Below, piece after piece: positions 38,501 through 46,753 of a DNA stretch of 64,000 bases. Source of the DNA: a virus; the IMG/VR virus record IMGVR_UViG_3300031541_000022, positions 41,155-105,154 of that record. The stretch is one strand, 5' to 3'. A program made the position numbers and the translations under genes. The stretch's first letter is position 1. Each line of letters starts with the position of its first letter. A model generated the notes under the pieces. That model did no database searches. It was given only the letters and a program-made list of their open reading frames with translations, and was not told the origin of the DNA.

Positions 38501-38638
38501 TACTTGCTACATAAGTGGACAAAGATCCAACAAAATATGCAGCCAATTGACTTTAAGACCGGACTGTCAAAGAAATCTTACACAGACATTGACACAATGG
38601 GCGCTCAAGCTTGCGCTGCTGGTGGATGCGAAATCTGA
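35528..38638 (+). CDS. nrdJ: Class II (cobalamin-dependent, monomeric type) ribonucleotide reductase containing an intein
   Basis: YN/C, GGVRRSA, NPCVE, CNLSE, TCVKPSG and C-terminal CxxxxC (CAAGGC); no NrdB nearby. Confidence 0.85.
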   Translation: MKDIDTRALMGEAKFYEGYSRWSDELDRYETWEESVARVMDMHREFYKDKMTDDLSVLIDEAEALYKLKYVLGAQRALQFGGEQILKHQMRMYNCGAQETTFVTTEGLKSFKDYNDGDKVTVKTPQGNWKPAIVRSYGEQQLNSITLKRNNGKEKNVRFTADHRWLLKNGEVTTSLKEGDRLYHTKNTFNNFNFDTAEPDEKLYWAYGYVYGDGTINKTHSMVRLCGKDVGYKYRFEELGFKTSSSLSLDGDVIAYTGKYKKTLPDTKKDDPRLTRAFVRGWLDADGEKAESRFDYHQFTGIQSSDPEAIKFIRNSFPIAGIYPTNEVDKTGEITNYGERPYTVRFSFSAVTDSKFAASWRVDSIKKDSVETVWCLEVEDDHAFVMEAGIPTGNCTSSYADRAAFFGELFYVLLCGAGAGFSVQKHHVAKLPGVAQRKGQAKIHEVEDSIEGWATALDVLMASFFVDGGKHPEYQGRRVYFDLNKVRPKGAMISGGFKAPGPEPLRKALDKIEHLVQGAVLAGRDSLKPIEVYDICMHAADAVLAGGVRRSATICLFSPDDQEMIAAKTGDWYIKNPQRGRSNNSAVIVRKEADREQFADIMNSIRQFGEPGFVFTESTEHTYNPCVEIGKYPVLIEGKKKKSGWQGCNLSELNGAKATNKEEFFKACRVGAILGTLQAGYTDFKFLDETSKKIFDREALIGVSITGWMNSPDILFDEKILKEGAEIVKKVNKQVAALLGINPAARTTCVKPSGNASVLLGTSSGIHGDHSPRYLRHVQMNKDQEVAQLFANTNPYMVEDSVWSTNGTDYQIAFPVIAPSDSLFKRELYGTKLLEKVKLVQNTWVEHGTDESLCVDPTVRHNVSNTVQVASDQWDEVEEYLFTNRDSFAGISFLAASGDKDFNQAPFTEVLTEEQIVEKYGRAAMFASGLIVESFKGFGDLWSATFAAQNEAMQSGEQKDQGAEWTRRFKKFASNYFEGDEKTAEYCLKDVYLLHKWTKIQQNMQPIDFKTGLSKKSYTDIDTMGAQACAAGGCEI
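35810..36709 (+). mobile_element. 300-aa LAGLIDADG intein in RNR
   Basis: Begins with C (CGAQETTF), block B TADHRW, LAGLIDADG helices YGYVYGDG and RGWLDADG, ends TGN/C; AT-rich relative to the exteins. Confidence 0.9.
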
Positions 38639-39264
38639 CGACGATACTTTTGGGTCCATTTCTGTGCACAGGATTTGGACCTACAAGTCTTACGCTTTCG
38701 TTGAGTAGCGGCGTTGCGACGGGTTCCTGTTGCGTCACAGAACTCACAAGTAAATTCGAACGTGTTGAGAATTTTGTTATGAGGCTCTACGCCTTTGGTA
38801 GTAAAGTTAGGATTGTCTTGTGTCTGTAACTCTTTACGACGAGCTAGTCTAGCAGGTGAATTCCACCATGCCTGGTATCCTTGACTAATTTTGTCTGCCC
38901 ATTCAACACCACGCTCGCCATATAGTTCTTGGTAGGTTTTACCAGCAAGCGGGTTAGGTGTTGAAAGAGTAGCATTCCAGTGGCCACTTTCATTATGATT
39001 TAGCCACTTGGGTTCGTAAATAGCTTTGGTGCGCCGAAGGACGCCTGCCTCCCATAGCACGGCTTGTTCAGCAGTCTCAAAGATGCGGTGAGCCTGATTT
39101 CAGGCTCACCATGCTCTTCACGAAGAAGAGTTACATACTTGGATGACGTAAAGTAAGAAACCCAAAGATCGGACAGATGACAATTTTGGCATAACGTACG
39201 CCGTAATACCATTGTCAAGATCAAACCATCCGATCAGATAAGTGTAAGGTTGATAAGTAGTCAT
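38605..39264 (-). pseudogene. Seg-like GIY-YIG endonuclease with three frameshifts
   Basis: Reconstructed MTTYQPYTYLIGWFDLD/WYYGVRYAK/CHLSDLWVSYFTSSK...GEP/HRIFETAEQAVLWE...WLN across three shifts. Confidence 0.8.
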
Positions 39265-39344
39265 GCTCTAATATTTCCAAGTATTATAGAGTAGTCAGGT
39301 GTTAGTGTACCGGTGGACTACACATTTATTAGCAAAGAAACATT

Positions 39345-40151
39345 ATGATTAGAAATCAAATATTATCTGGATCGGCAATTGATCAATTACAACAGAATGT
39401 TGAAGAAGAATCAATTGACATGATTCTGACAAGTCCTCCGTATGATGATTTAAGAACATATAATAATTCCACTTAGTGGAATTATTATATGTTCACTGAA
39501 TTATCAGTGCAGCTTAATCGAGTGATTAAGCCAGGAGGGGTGATAGTTTGGAATGTTGCAGACCAAACTATCAATGGCAGTGAGACAGGAAATAGTTTTC
39601 GACAGGCCTTATACTTCAAAGATGAGATAGGTCTTAATCTACATGACACAATGATATGGCAAAAGAGTAATTTTAGTAACCCGAGCGTTAATAGATATCA
39701 TCAAACCTTTGAATATGTATTTATTTTCAGTAAAGGAAAACCAAAAACATTTAACCCGATCCTCGATCGAAAAAATGTTTATAGTGGACAACCCGGAAGT
39801 TTCGGTAAAAATACTTCAACCGAACGCGACGGCAGTAAAACAGAAAGACCAAGAAAAGTAAACAGAGAATACGGAATGCGACATAATGTTTGGTTAACAA
39901 ACACAGCAGGCCAAGACAGAACTGCTAAAAAATGGGGGCATCCTGCAATGTTTAGTTTAGATTTCGCACAAGACCATATTCAATCCTGGAGTAATCCAGG
40001 GGATATAGTTCTAGATCCGTTTGGTGGTAGCGGAACCACTGCTGAAGCAGCGTTGAGGCTGCAACGAGATTTTATTCTAACTGAGATTAATTCTGATTAT
40101 GCTGAGATAGCAAGGCAGAGAGTAGAGGCAACACTTGATTCATTATGTTAA
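39345..40151 (+). pseudogene. Beta-class amino (N4C/N6A) DNA methyltransferase with in-frame TAG at 39474-39476
   Basis: ATG 39345 reads ...ILTSPPYDDLRTYNNST*WN... in frame with the tracked 39489 ORF, which carries HPA.F and DPFGGSGT. Confidence 0.8.
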
Positions 40152-40569
40152 AGGCGACGTAACAGAAGCCCAAGAGCAAGTGATTGCTCACGGCGTAAAT
40201 TGCACCGGTCACTTTGGAAGCGGAGTGGCCGGAGCAATAAAACGTAAACACCCCTTTGTGCGTGAACAGTACCTCAGTTTGAAGGAACATGTTTTGGGAA
40301 CCTGCCAGTTTGTCGACTATGACGGACGTATATGGGTTAACGCACACACTCAACAAAACAAAGGCTATGATGGAAAGCAATATGCAGATCTAAATGCAGT
40401 TGCTTATTGTCTAGTTGAGATTGATAACTATATGAGAGACAATAATCTCAAAACCATCGCAATGCCAAAAATTGGATGCGGACTGGGCGGACTACATTGG
40501 GATGATGTAGAGATCCTAGTTGATGGAATTTTAGAAGACTACGAAGTTTACATTTACGAATTGGAATAA
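40135..40569 (+). CDS. Macrodomain (ADP-ribose processing) protein
   Basis: KGDV, HGVNC...FGSGVAGAI, IAMPKIGCGLGGL. Confidence 0.88.
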   Translation: MIHYVKGDVTEAQEQVIAHGVNCTGHFGSGVAGAIKRKHPFVREQYLSLKEHVLGTCQFVDYDGRIWVNAHTQQNKGYDGKQYADLNAVAYCLVEIDNYMRDNNLKTIAMPKIGCGLGGLHWDDVEILVDGILEDYEVYIYELE

Positions 40570-40571
40570 TC

Positions 40572-40835
40572 ATGAGCGCCATTATATGGAGTAAAAACGG
40601 TTGCCCTTATTGCGACCAGGCTAAAGTGATGCTGAAAGGATCAGGCATCAAAATCAAAGAACATAACATTAGTGAAAGCGATGAACTACGCACTACGTTA
40701 TTAGAGACCCTAGATAAAGTTGCTCCAGGTGCACCAAAAACTGTGCCGCAGATTTGGCTGCATGGCAAATATGTTGGTGATTATCGCGCTCTATGCCAAT
40801 ACTACGAAGACCACGATATGTGGCGAAAGGATTAA
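40572..40835 (+). CDS. Glutaredoxin
   Basis: CPYC, TVPQI, YVG. Confidence 0.9.
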   Translation: MSAIIWSKNGCPYCDQAKVMLKGSGIKIKEHNISESDELRTTLLETLDKVAPGAPKTVPQIWLHGKYVGDYRALCQYYEDHDMWRKD

Positions 40836-40836
40836 T

Positions 40837-41166
40837 ATGCTACAAACAAAGCATAAAGCAAACGATGTGGTAACACTCAAGCTTGTATCAGGTGAAGAAG
40901 TTATTGGTTACTACGTCAGTGAAGATATGGGCGGTGTTACACTGCGCAAACCTGTTGTACCAGTACCAACAGCAGAAGGTAATATGGCTCTTGCTCCATA
41001 CATTATGTCAAGCAACTATCTGCGTGAAGCAGACGGACAAGTTATTTTCAACAAACAGACTGTTATCACAGTTTTGGCAACAGATGAACAGTTCAAGAAT
41101 GCATTTACCCAACAGGTAAGTGGCCTTGATCTTGCTCCAGGTACGGCATCCAAACTGATCGCGTAA
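40837..41166 (+). CDS. Hypothetical protein (Sm-like beta fold possible)
   Basis: VVTLKLVSGEEVIG; start reassigned to ATG 40837. Confidence 0.7.
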   Translation: MLQTKHKANDVVTLKLVSGEEVIGYYVSEDMGGVTLRKPVVPVPTAEGNMALAPYIMSSNYLREADGQVIFNKQTVITVLATDEQFKNAFTQQVSGLDLAPGTASKLIA

Positions 41167-41186
41167 TAAATACTCCGTAAGGAGTA
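41166..41186 (+). promoter_or_regulatory. Late promoter overlapping an SD-sequestering hairpin
   Basis: ATAAATA 41166-41172; TACTCC-GTAA-GGAGTA 41171-41186. Confidence 0.7.
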
Positions 41187-41189
41187 GAC

Positions 41190-42149
41190 GTGAATATACC
41201 AGTTCATCGCAATACTGACAGTCGCTCTTGCGGAGCGTCAACTATAGTTTCAGGACAAAGCAACGTTTTCGTGAACAATCTACTTGCAAGTGTGCAAGGT
41301 GATGGCAACACTCACGGAGGCGGTGCTCTCGGTGCCACAGTTAATGATGGCACCGTTTTCGTCAATAACAAGAAGCTAGTACTCAAAGGCAGCAACGCAA
41401 GTCCAGATGCACTATGCCCGCCACTTGGCCCACCACACTGTAACCCAACCAGTGTAGGTGCTAGTGGCGATGTATTTGCATGTGGAGGTGGTAGCGGCGG
41501 CACTATTGCTGGCAGCCCTGATGAAAATCGTGAGGACCCAACACGTCAAGAAGTGTATGGCGGTCAGAATGAATATCCTGATCCAAATGCAACAGAACCA
41601 ACTCCACCACCAAATGCAGAAGAATCCAAGACTCAAGCAGAGTTTGATACAAGTGGCTTCACAGAGAGCGATCTCGCTGCAATTGAGCAACTGGAAAGTG
41701 ACCCAGACTGGATACGTGAACTTGAAGCAATTGAGGCTCGCTATCCAAACTTTAGTCGTGAAGAACTATACAATACGATTAAAGGCGAAAGTGCATTTAA
41801 TCCTCGTGCACTCAACAACAATTCAGGTGCAAGCGGATATTTCCAATTTATTCCAGACTCAGCACGTGAACTAGGAACAACCACAACGGCTGTTCGAAAT
41901 TCATCTCCTGCAGAGCAATTAAACACTTATGGACGCTATCTTGATCGTTGGAATTATAACCCTGACAATAGTGGACTAGGTATTATGCAAGCTGCACCAG
42001 CATATGCAAACCGTCCACCAAACTATGTGTTGCCAGGATCATACGCGATTGGCGGTCGTGCATGGCAACAGAACCCAGGATGGCGCACAAGTCCAAATGG
42101 ACCGATCACAGTACAGAGTGTGAACGATTATTACAGTAGGCAGAGCTAA
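41190..42149 (+). CDS. PAAR spike-tip domain fused to a lytic transglycosylase (SLT-like)
   Basis: N-terminal PAAR-like repeats with C/H ligands; P/E-rich linker; C-terminal GES.FNP.A.N...ASGYFQF. Confidence 0.8.
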   Translation: MNIPVHRNTDSRSCGASTIVSGQSNVFVNNLLASVQGDGNTHGGGALGATVNDGTVFVNNKKLVLKGSNASPDALCPPLGPPHCNPTSVGASGDVFACGGGSGGTIAGSPDENREDPTRQEVYGGQNEYPDPNATEPTPPPNAEESKTQAEFDTSGFTESDLAAIEQLESDPDWIRELEAIEARYPNFSREELYNTIKGESAFNPRALNNNSGASGYFQFIPDSARELGTTTTAVRNSSPAEQLNTYGRYLDRWNYNPDNSGLGIMQAAPAYANRPPNYVLPGSYAIGGRAWQQNPGWRTSPNGPITVQSVNDYYSRQS

Positions 42150-44488
42150 TGGCTTTTACAGATTTCCCAAATGGCATCGCAGATGTCAATGACTATCTAA
42201 GTGCACAGAACAGTGTTCGTGCAGAACTCACAGGCAGTGTTGCTGACATCAGTCGCTTGGTTGTGAGTGCTGAATTTGACTTCAGCCTCAAGGAAATTAT
42301 CTGTTCCTTGCTAGCTGGCCGCGGTCTATTGCTACCCAACATACAGATTTGTATCAGCCTTAACATCAAGGAACTATTAGGAACACTAGTAGGCACAATT
42401 CAGGACACCCTATACCAAGCACTGCAAGGATTGGACGAGGCATTTGACCGCTTCAACGACCACCTTAAGATTGATGAAGTATTAGGACGTGTGAACAATG
42501 TGCTGGCTGAGGTTACACAGATTGCAAACATGATCAACTTCTGCTCTGCGCCAGTTGATCCTATTCAGATTCCAAATGTTTTGGAAAATGCTTTTGACAG
42601 TTTCCTAGGTGCTGGGCGTGACATTGTTGACCAAATTGGCCAAATCTTTCCAGACGAAATTGGCGGCTGTTTGATTCCAGGTGGCGGCTTTAACCCTAAC
42701 GTGTTCACTGGTGGTATTTTGGGCAAGCTAAGTGATGTTTGGGACGATGTTCTAACTGGCAGCCTCAGCGATGCATTCATCAACAGCATTATTCAAGACA
42801 TTAACACAGTAACAAATAGCATTGACAGCCTTATTGATCAAGAAAATCGTGTCACAGGCACATACGATCAAGGCGGTAGTGAACTACGTGAGTCACCACG
42901 CGAAACACACACTGGCATTGCTGCACTGTTTAACTCACAGGACGAAGGCATCCAGGGTGCAACACGTACAGCCGCAGTCATCCAGGGCGCATATCAACAG
43001 CTAGGCAGCTATCAGGTTGTTGACAGTGACGGCAACGTGTATAACAACATTTTCGAATTGTTCTGTGATGAAGAGCTGTTACGTATTTTGCGTCGCACGC
43101 CAAACCCAAGTCCAGAGATTTCAGAACAGATTCCAGTGTTCAGCTATTGTGGTGAAATTATTGGTTATACTAAGAACATCACACAAGAGAACCCAACACA
43201 AAGTGAAGGCTTGAAACCGGAGACGATTGAGGATCCAGGATTTGATGCTGGCGGCCTACCAACCAACCCTGTCAATGAAGCTATTGCACAGGGAGAAGCG
43301 GCAGGTGGCGGCACAGTTGTTACTAATGTCAACAACACCACAAACATTGACGGTGCTACCCTCTTTGTAAACAGCGAAACAGAGCTTGTCAACAGCGGTG
43401 CATCAGCTGGTCAGCAAGTGTTTCGTAATGACAACGGTGTGACATATTTGCGTAACCAAGAGCCAGAAACCAATACTCTAGCTGACTATGAGATTGTTGG
43501 TGGTGGCGGCGGTGGCGACACCTTGGGCTCATTCCTAACTGAAGTTAACGAAAATGTAGGCAACGGCTTGCTGGCGCGCAGCACAAACACGCCATTTTAC
43601 CGCACGATTACTGGCACAGCAAACCAGATCACAGTGCAGAATGGCAACGGACAAGCTGGCAACCCTACACTCAGCATTACAAGCAACCCAACCATTCCAG
43701 GCAACGACTCCATGGTCGTGCCAAGTGGTACAACTGCACAACAAGGTGCACCAGCTGACGGTGGCTTCCGCTTCAACACCACCACAGGACAGTTTGAAGG
43801 ACGTCAAGGTGGTGCTTGGCAAGCGTTTGCAACAGGCGGCGGAGTTGTAGATGGTGACAACATTGGTGGCGGACCATTCGAAGTCTTCAAGCAAAATGCT
43901 AGTGGCATACTGGAATTCCGTACATTCCAGACAACTGGTGGTATTAGCCTAGGTGTTGCTAGTGATGTGCTCACCATTGGTGACAGTCTAACAGCATCCA
44001 GCCTAGGAACTGGCAGCGATGTGTTTAAGCAACGCCAGAGTAACAATTTTGAATTTCGCTCACTCACAGCAGGCACAGGCATTCAGCTCACACAAACTGC
44101 AAACGAAATCGAGATTATTGCAAACGCAATGGGCAACGAAGGCAGTGTCACCACATCAAACGCTATACCAACTGAGGTCTTGTTCAACAGTCTACGCCTA
44201 ACACCAGACAATAACAAGACATGGTTTGTTGAGGTCACTGCGGTTGCAAACAGAACTGACAGCGTAGACGCAACAGCTATCAAGATCGAAGGTTTGGTTG
44301 ACAATGCTAGCGGAACCGTTACTATTGTAGGCACAGCAGGCAACAAAACCACATACAATGGTACTGCATCTACTTCAAACTATGACCTGCTACTGGACGT
44401 TGTATCCAATGAATTTAGGGTTCGCGTACAGGGCGATGCTGGTCACTCTGTTGATTGGACAGTGCGTCTAGACTTTATTGAAGCCTAG
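42149..44488 (+). CDS. Large tail/baseplate structural protein with fibre-like C-terminal part
   Basis: Helical N-terminal half, G/T-rich beta C-terminal half; follows the PAAR gene. Confidence 0.65.
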   Translation: MAFTDFPNGIADVNDYLSAQNSVRAELTGSVADISRLVVSAEFDFSLKEIICSLLAGRGLLLPNIQICISLNIKELLGTLVGTIQDTLYQALQGLDEAFDRFNDHLKIDEVLGRVNNVLAEVTQIANMINFCSAPVDPIQIPNVLENAFDSFLGAGRDIVDQIGQIFPDEIGGCLIPGGGFNPNVFTGGILGKLSDVWDDVLTGSLSDAFINSIIQDINTVTNSIDSLIDQENRVTGTYDQGGSELRESPRETHTGIAALFNSQDEGIQGATRTAAVIQGAYQQLGSYQVVDSDGNVYNNIFELFCDEELLRILRRTPNPSPEISEQIPVFSYCGEIIGYTKNITQENPTQSEGLKPETIEDPGFDAGGLPTNPVNEAIAQGEAAGGGTVVTNVNNTTNIDGATLFVNSETELVNSGASAGQQVFRNDNGVTYLRNQEPETNTLADYEIVGGGGGGDTLGSFLTEVNENVGNGLLARSTNTPFYRTITGTANQITVQNGNGQAGNPTLSITSNPTIPGNDSMVVPSGTTAQQGAPADGGFRFNTTTGQFEGRQGGAWQAFATGGGVVDGDNIGGGPFEVFKQNASGILEFRTFQTTGGISLGVASDVLTIGDSLTASSLGTGSDVFKQRQSNNFEFRSLTAGTGIQLTQTANEIEIIANAMGNEGSVTTSNAIPTEVLFNSLRLTPDNNKTWFVEVTAVANRTDSVDATAIKIEGLVDNASGTVTIVGTAGNKTTYNGTASTSNYDLLLDVVSNEFRVRVQGDAGHSVDWTVRLDFIEA

Positions 44489-44501
44489 TAAAACTTTTTG
44501 G

Positions 44502-44530
44502 TTGACAGGCAAAGCGTATTGCCATATAGT
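44502..44530 (+). promoter_or_regulatory. Sigma70-like (early) promoter
   Basis: TTGACA-17-TATAGT, preceded by CTTTTTGG as at 12010. Confidence 0.7.
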
Positions 44531-44565
44531 CTTGGTATGCGTATGAAACATCAAGGACTATCGCT

Positions 44566-44868
44566 ATGAGATCCAAAATTTGTGATGACGGCCAGCGTCG
44601 CATTATCGCCAAGGTGATAGTGCCTATGGGCGTCCAAGAAATCACTACCTTTGCTCTGTCAAATCCCCGCTTCCTGCATGATGACGAAGCAATGAACACC
44701 TTCACAAACTTCAACAAACGTCAGCTTTTCAATGTCGCTAAGGAGAGCGTTGCTTTCCGTGGTGACAGCATGGCGACTGCCAATGACATTGTTGCAGAAA
44801 TGTGGACTCCCCGGCAGATCGAACGTGCTCGGAAGCACGTTGAAGAACTTTTCCCAGAGGTCGACTAA
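44566..44868 (+). CDS. Hypothetical early protein
   Basis: SD AAGGA. Confidence 0.7.
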   Translation: MRSKICDDGQRRIIAKVIVPMGVQEITTFALSNPRFLHDDEAMNTFTNFNKRQLFNVAKESVAFRGDSMATANDIVAEMWTPRQIERARKHVEELFPEVD

Positions 44869-45122
44869 TGTATTGGGTCGTTATATGGCTCAGTGGTGAA
44901 GCTGCAATGGTGATGCCAGGATCAGAGAAATACTATTTTGAAGATCCGGCTGTCTGTGAAGAAATTCGTGCAGCAATCGACCAAGACATTCGTGATGGTG
45001 TTGTTGAAATTGACGGCGACTTGTATGTTGTCAACCCAGACGGCGAAAATCTCGAATGGCAGGAATGGGAAGTTACCTGCGAAACAGAACACTATAACAT
45101 CGGAGATCAAAAGAATGGTTGA
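44868..45122 (+). CDS. Hypothetical protein
   Basis: TAATG coupling. Confidence 0.65.
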   Translation: MYWVVIWLSGEAAMVMPGSEKYYFEDPAVCEEIRAAIDQDIRDGVVEIDGDLYVVNPDGENLEWQEWEVTCETEHYNIGDQKNG

Positions 45123-45522
45123 TACTGTTACCACGCTGATTGAGAAAGCAATCACTACAGACAACGACTCTGAAGCTCTTGCTTGTATCAAGATGGCGCG
45201 GAGACAGTGGAAAGGCAGTGGCAGCGTTGTGATGCCGCGCCGCCCGGCTAACAAGCCTGAAGACATTCCTGTGAACACTATCAAGATGTCTGAACACCTT
45301 AAGGTTTGTCAAAAATACGAACAAGCGCGGGACATTTTGATCAAAGACAACAACCGCCTTGGCGCAGAAAACGATACACTGCGCAACGCTGCAATCAAGC
45401 AAGGTATTGACGATCTTGAGATTGAAGTTCTGCAGACACGCATTAAGTCAGTAACCAAACAAATAGCATTTATCGCAATTCTTGGTTGGGCTGTTGCACT
45501 CTTTATGATGGTATTCCTATGA
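45115..45522 (+). CDS. Coiled-coil protein with C-terminal TM helix
   Basis: Start reassigned to ATG 45115; LIEKAI...EALA N-terminus. Confidence 0.6.
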   Translation: MVDTVTTLIEKAITTDNDSEALACIKMARRQWKGSGSVVMPRRPANKPEDIPVNTIKMSEHLKVCQKYEQARDILIKDNNRLGAENDTLRNAAIKQGIDDLEIEVLQTRIKSVTKQIAFIAILGWAVALFMMVFL

Positions 45523-45740
45523 TTACGACAGATAGTATTGTTAAGGACCAAGGCCGTAGTCAGGCCGACATTCTCATTGATTTGGGATCGTTCCTAATCT
45601 GGGCTATGGATGAAGGCGCTCGGTATGGCGACACTAGTGCTGAGACTGCCGTTGATGCGTTTCAGGAATTACTTGGTTGGGACGAGGCAACAATGACTAA
45701 ATTTGCCTCAGTTATACGAGGCAAATTCGATCATGAGTAG
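45519..45740 (+). CDS. Hypothetical protein
   Basis: ATGA coupling. Confidence 0.55.
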   Translation: MITTDSIVKDQGRSQADILIDLGSFLIWAMDEGARYGDTSAETAVDAFQELLGWDEATMTKFASVIRGKFDHE

Positions 45741-46068
45741 ATACAGCCTTTTTATCGACGACGAACGCGACCCACCCCGTAATGACGGGCGCAACTGGGT
45801 TGTGGCTCGTGACTGGGAGGCCGTCATGATGATGCTGCGCATTCATGGAATGCCTGGGTTCATCAGCTTTGACCATGATCTTGGTATCGATAATCACAGT
45901 GGTCATGACATTGCTAAGTTTTTGATTGAACTTGACATGGGCGGTGACAGTGACTTTGAAATTCCCGAGGAATTTGACTTCTACGTACACAGTCAAAATC
46001 CAGTTGGAAAGGCAAATATCGAAGGATTGTTGCGCAATTATTTGCAATTCCGCGAAAAAACTACTTGA
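45733..46068 (+). CDS. Cyclic-phosphate-processing receiver-like domain protein
   Basis: LFIDDERDP, ISFDHDLG, VHSQNPVG. Confidence 0.7.
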   Translation: MSRYSLFIDDERDPPRNDGRNWVVARDWEAVMMMLRIHGMPGFISFDHDLGIDNHSGHDIAKFLIELDMGGDSDFEIPEEFDFYVHSQNPVGKANIEGLLRNYLQFREKTT

Positions 46069-46093
46069 CATTACCAAGGCTTTTTGCTAGATA
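46065..46093 (+). promoter_or_regulatory. Sigma70-like promoter
   Basis: TTGACA-17-TAGATA with GCTA; 22/26 nt identical to 13349-13374. Confidence 0.6.
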
Positions 46094-46123
46094 TGGTTTG
46101 TTGAAATTACCCATGAGGCAGAC

Positions 46124-46681
46124 ATGTTTAAATTTGCAATCTTTACTGCACAAATAGCAGCGATTGCAGGAGTGGCAACAATCGGCGCACGAGCCGAGCC
46201 ACTTGAAATCACTATCACCTCCGTAGCAATGGAAGAAACTGTCGAGCTCGATGCAGCTGAACATTACTGCATGACGGAAGCTGTCTACTTTGAAGGCGGC
46301 AATCAATCTCTAGACGGTAAATTTGCCATCGCAAACGTGGTTATGAATCGTGTTGCGAGTAGCAATTTCCCTGATACAATTTGTGGTGTTGTGCACCAAG
46401 GACCACTTGACGGCTCTGCAATAAGTCTTCACCGCTGTCAGTTCAGTTATTACTGTGATGGCAAAAGTGACAAGATGCCCAAGCTTAACAACACACTTGA
46501 AGAAGCTGCGGTTGAGTGGTCCAGCATCATTGCTGAGATCGTAATGCATGGTGAAGTTGAAGACAACACATACGGCAGCACGTACTACCATGCTTATTAT
46601 GCAGATCCATTTTGGAACGATGTCTATGAGCAAGTTGCAGTAGTTGACGCACACTTGTTTTACGTGCATTCTCCTCGCTAA
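46124..46681 (+). CDS. Cell-wall hydrolase (SleB / Hydrolase_2-like) with N-terminal signal/TM
   Basis: C..EAVYFE...VANVVMNRV...FP.TICGVV.Q..CQFS, YYHA.Y..P.W, HLFY. Confidence 0.85.
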   Translation: MFKFAIFTAQIAAIAGVATIGARAEPLEITITSVAMEETVELDAAEHYCMTEAVYFEGGNQSLDGKFAIANVVMNRVASSNFPDTICGVVHQGPLDGSAISLHRCQFSYYCDGKSDKMPKLNNTLEEAAVEWSSIIAEIVMHGEVEDNTYGSTYYHAYYADPFWNDVYEQVAVVDAHLFYVHSPR

Positions 46682-46702
46682 TACAACTATCCAAAGTATA
46701 GG

Positions 46703-46736
46703 ATCCTGTGCGCAAATCTTGTGCGCAGGATAAATA
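46703..46736 (+). promoter_or_regulatory. 13-bp hairpin abutting a late promoter
   Basis: ATCCTGTGCGCAA-ATC-TTGTGCGCAGGAT (two G-U pairs), then ATAAATA 46730-46736. Confidence 0.55.
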
Positions 46737-46753
46737 TTCTAAAGAGGATAGCA

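Noticed and set aside
20800-39476. Stop-codon reassignment (TGA or TAG recoded), suggested by in-frame stops in the HNH and MTase genes
   Set aside because: TAG cleanly ends genes at 27783, 44488 and 63831, TGA ends many others, and core genes are uninterrupted in the standard code. The two stops lie in AT-rich accessory genes and fit decay.
44537-44569. Leaderless 10-codon uORF at the predicted +1 of the 44502 promoter, overlapping the next ATG
   Set aside because: The downstream gene has its own SD, and such a short ORF can arise by chance. Not supportable without Ribo-seq.
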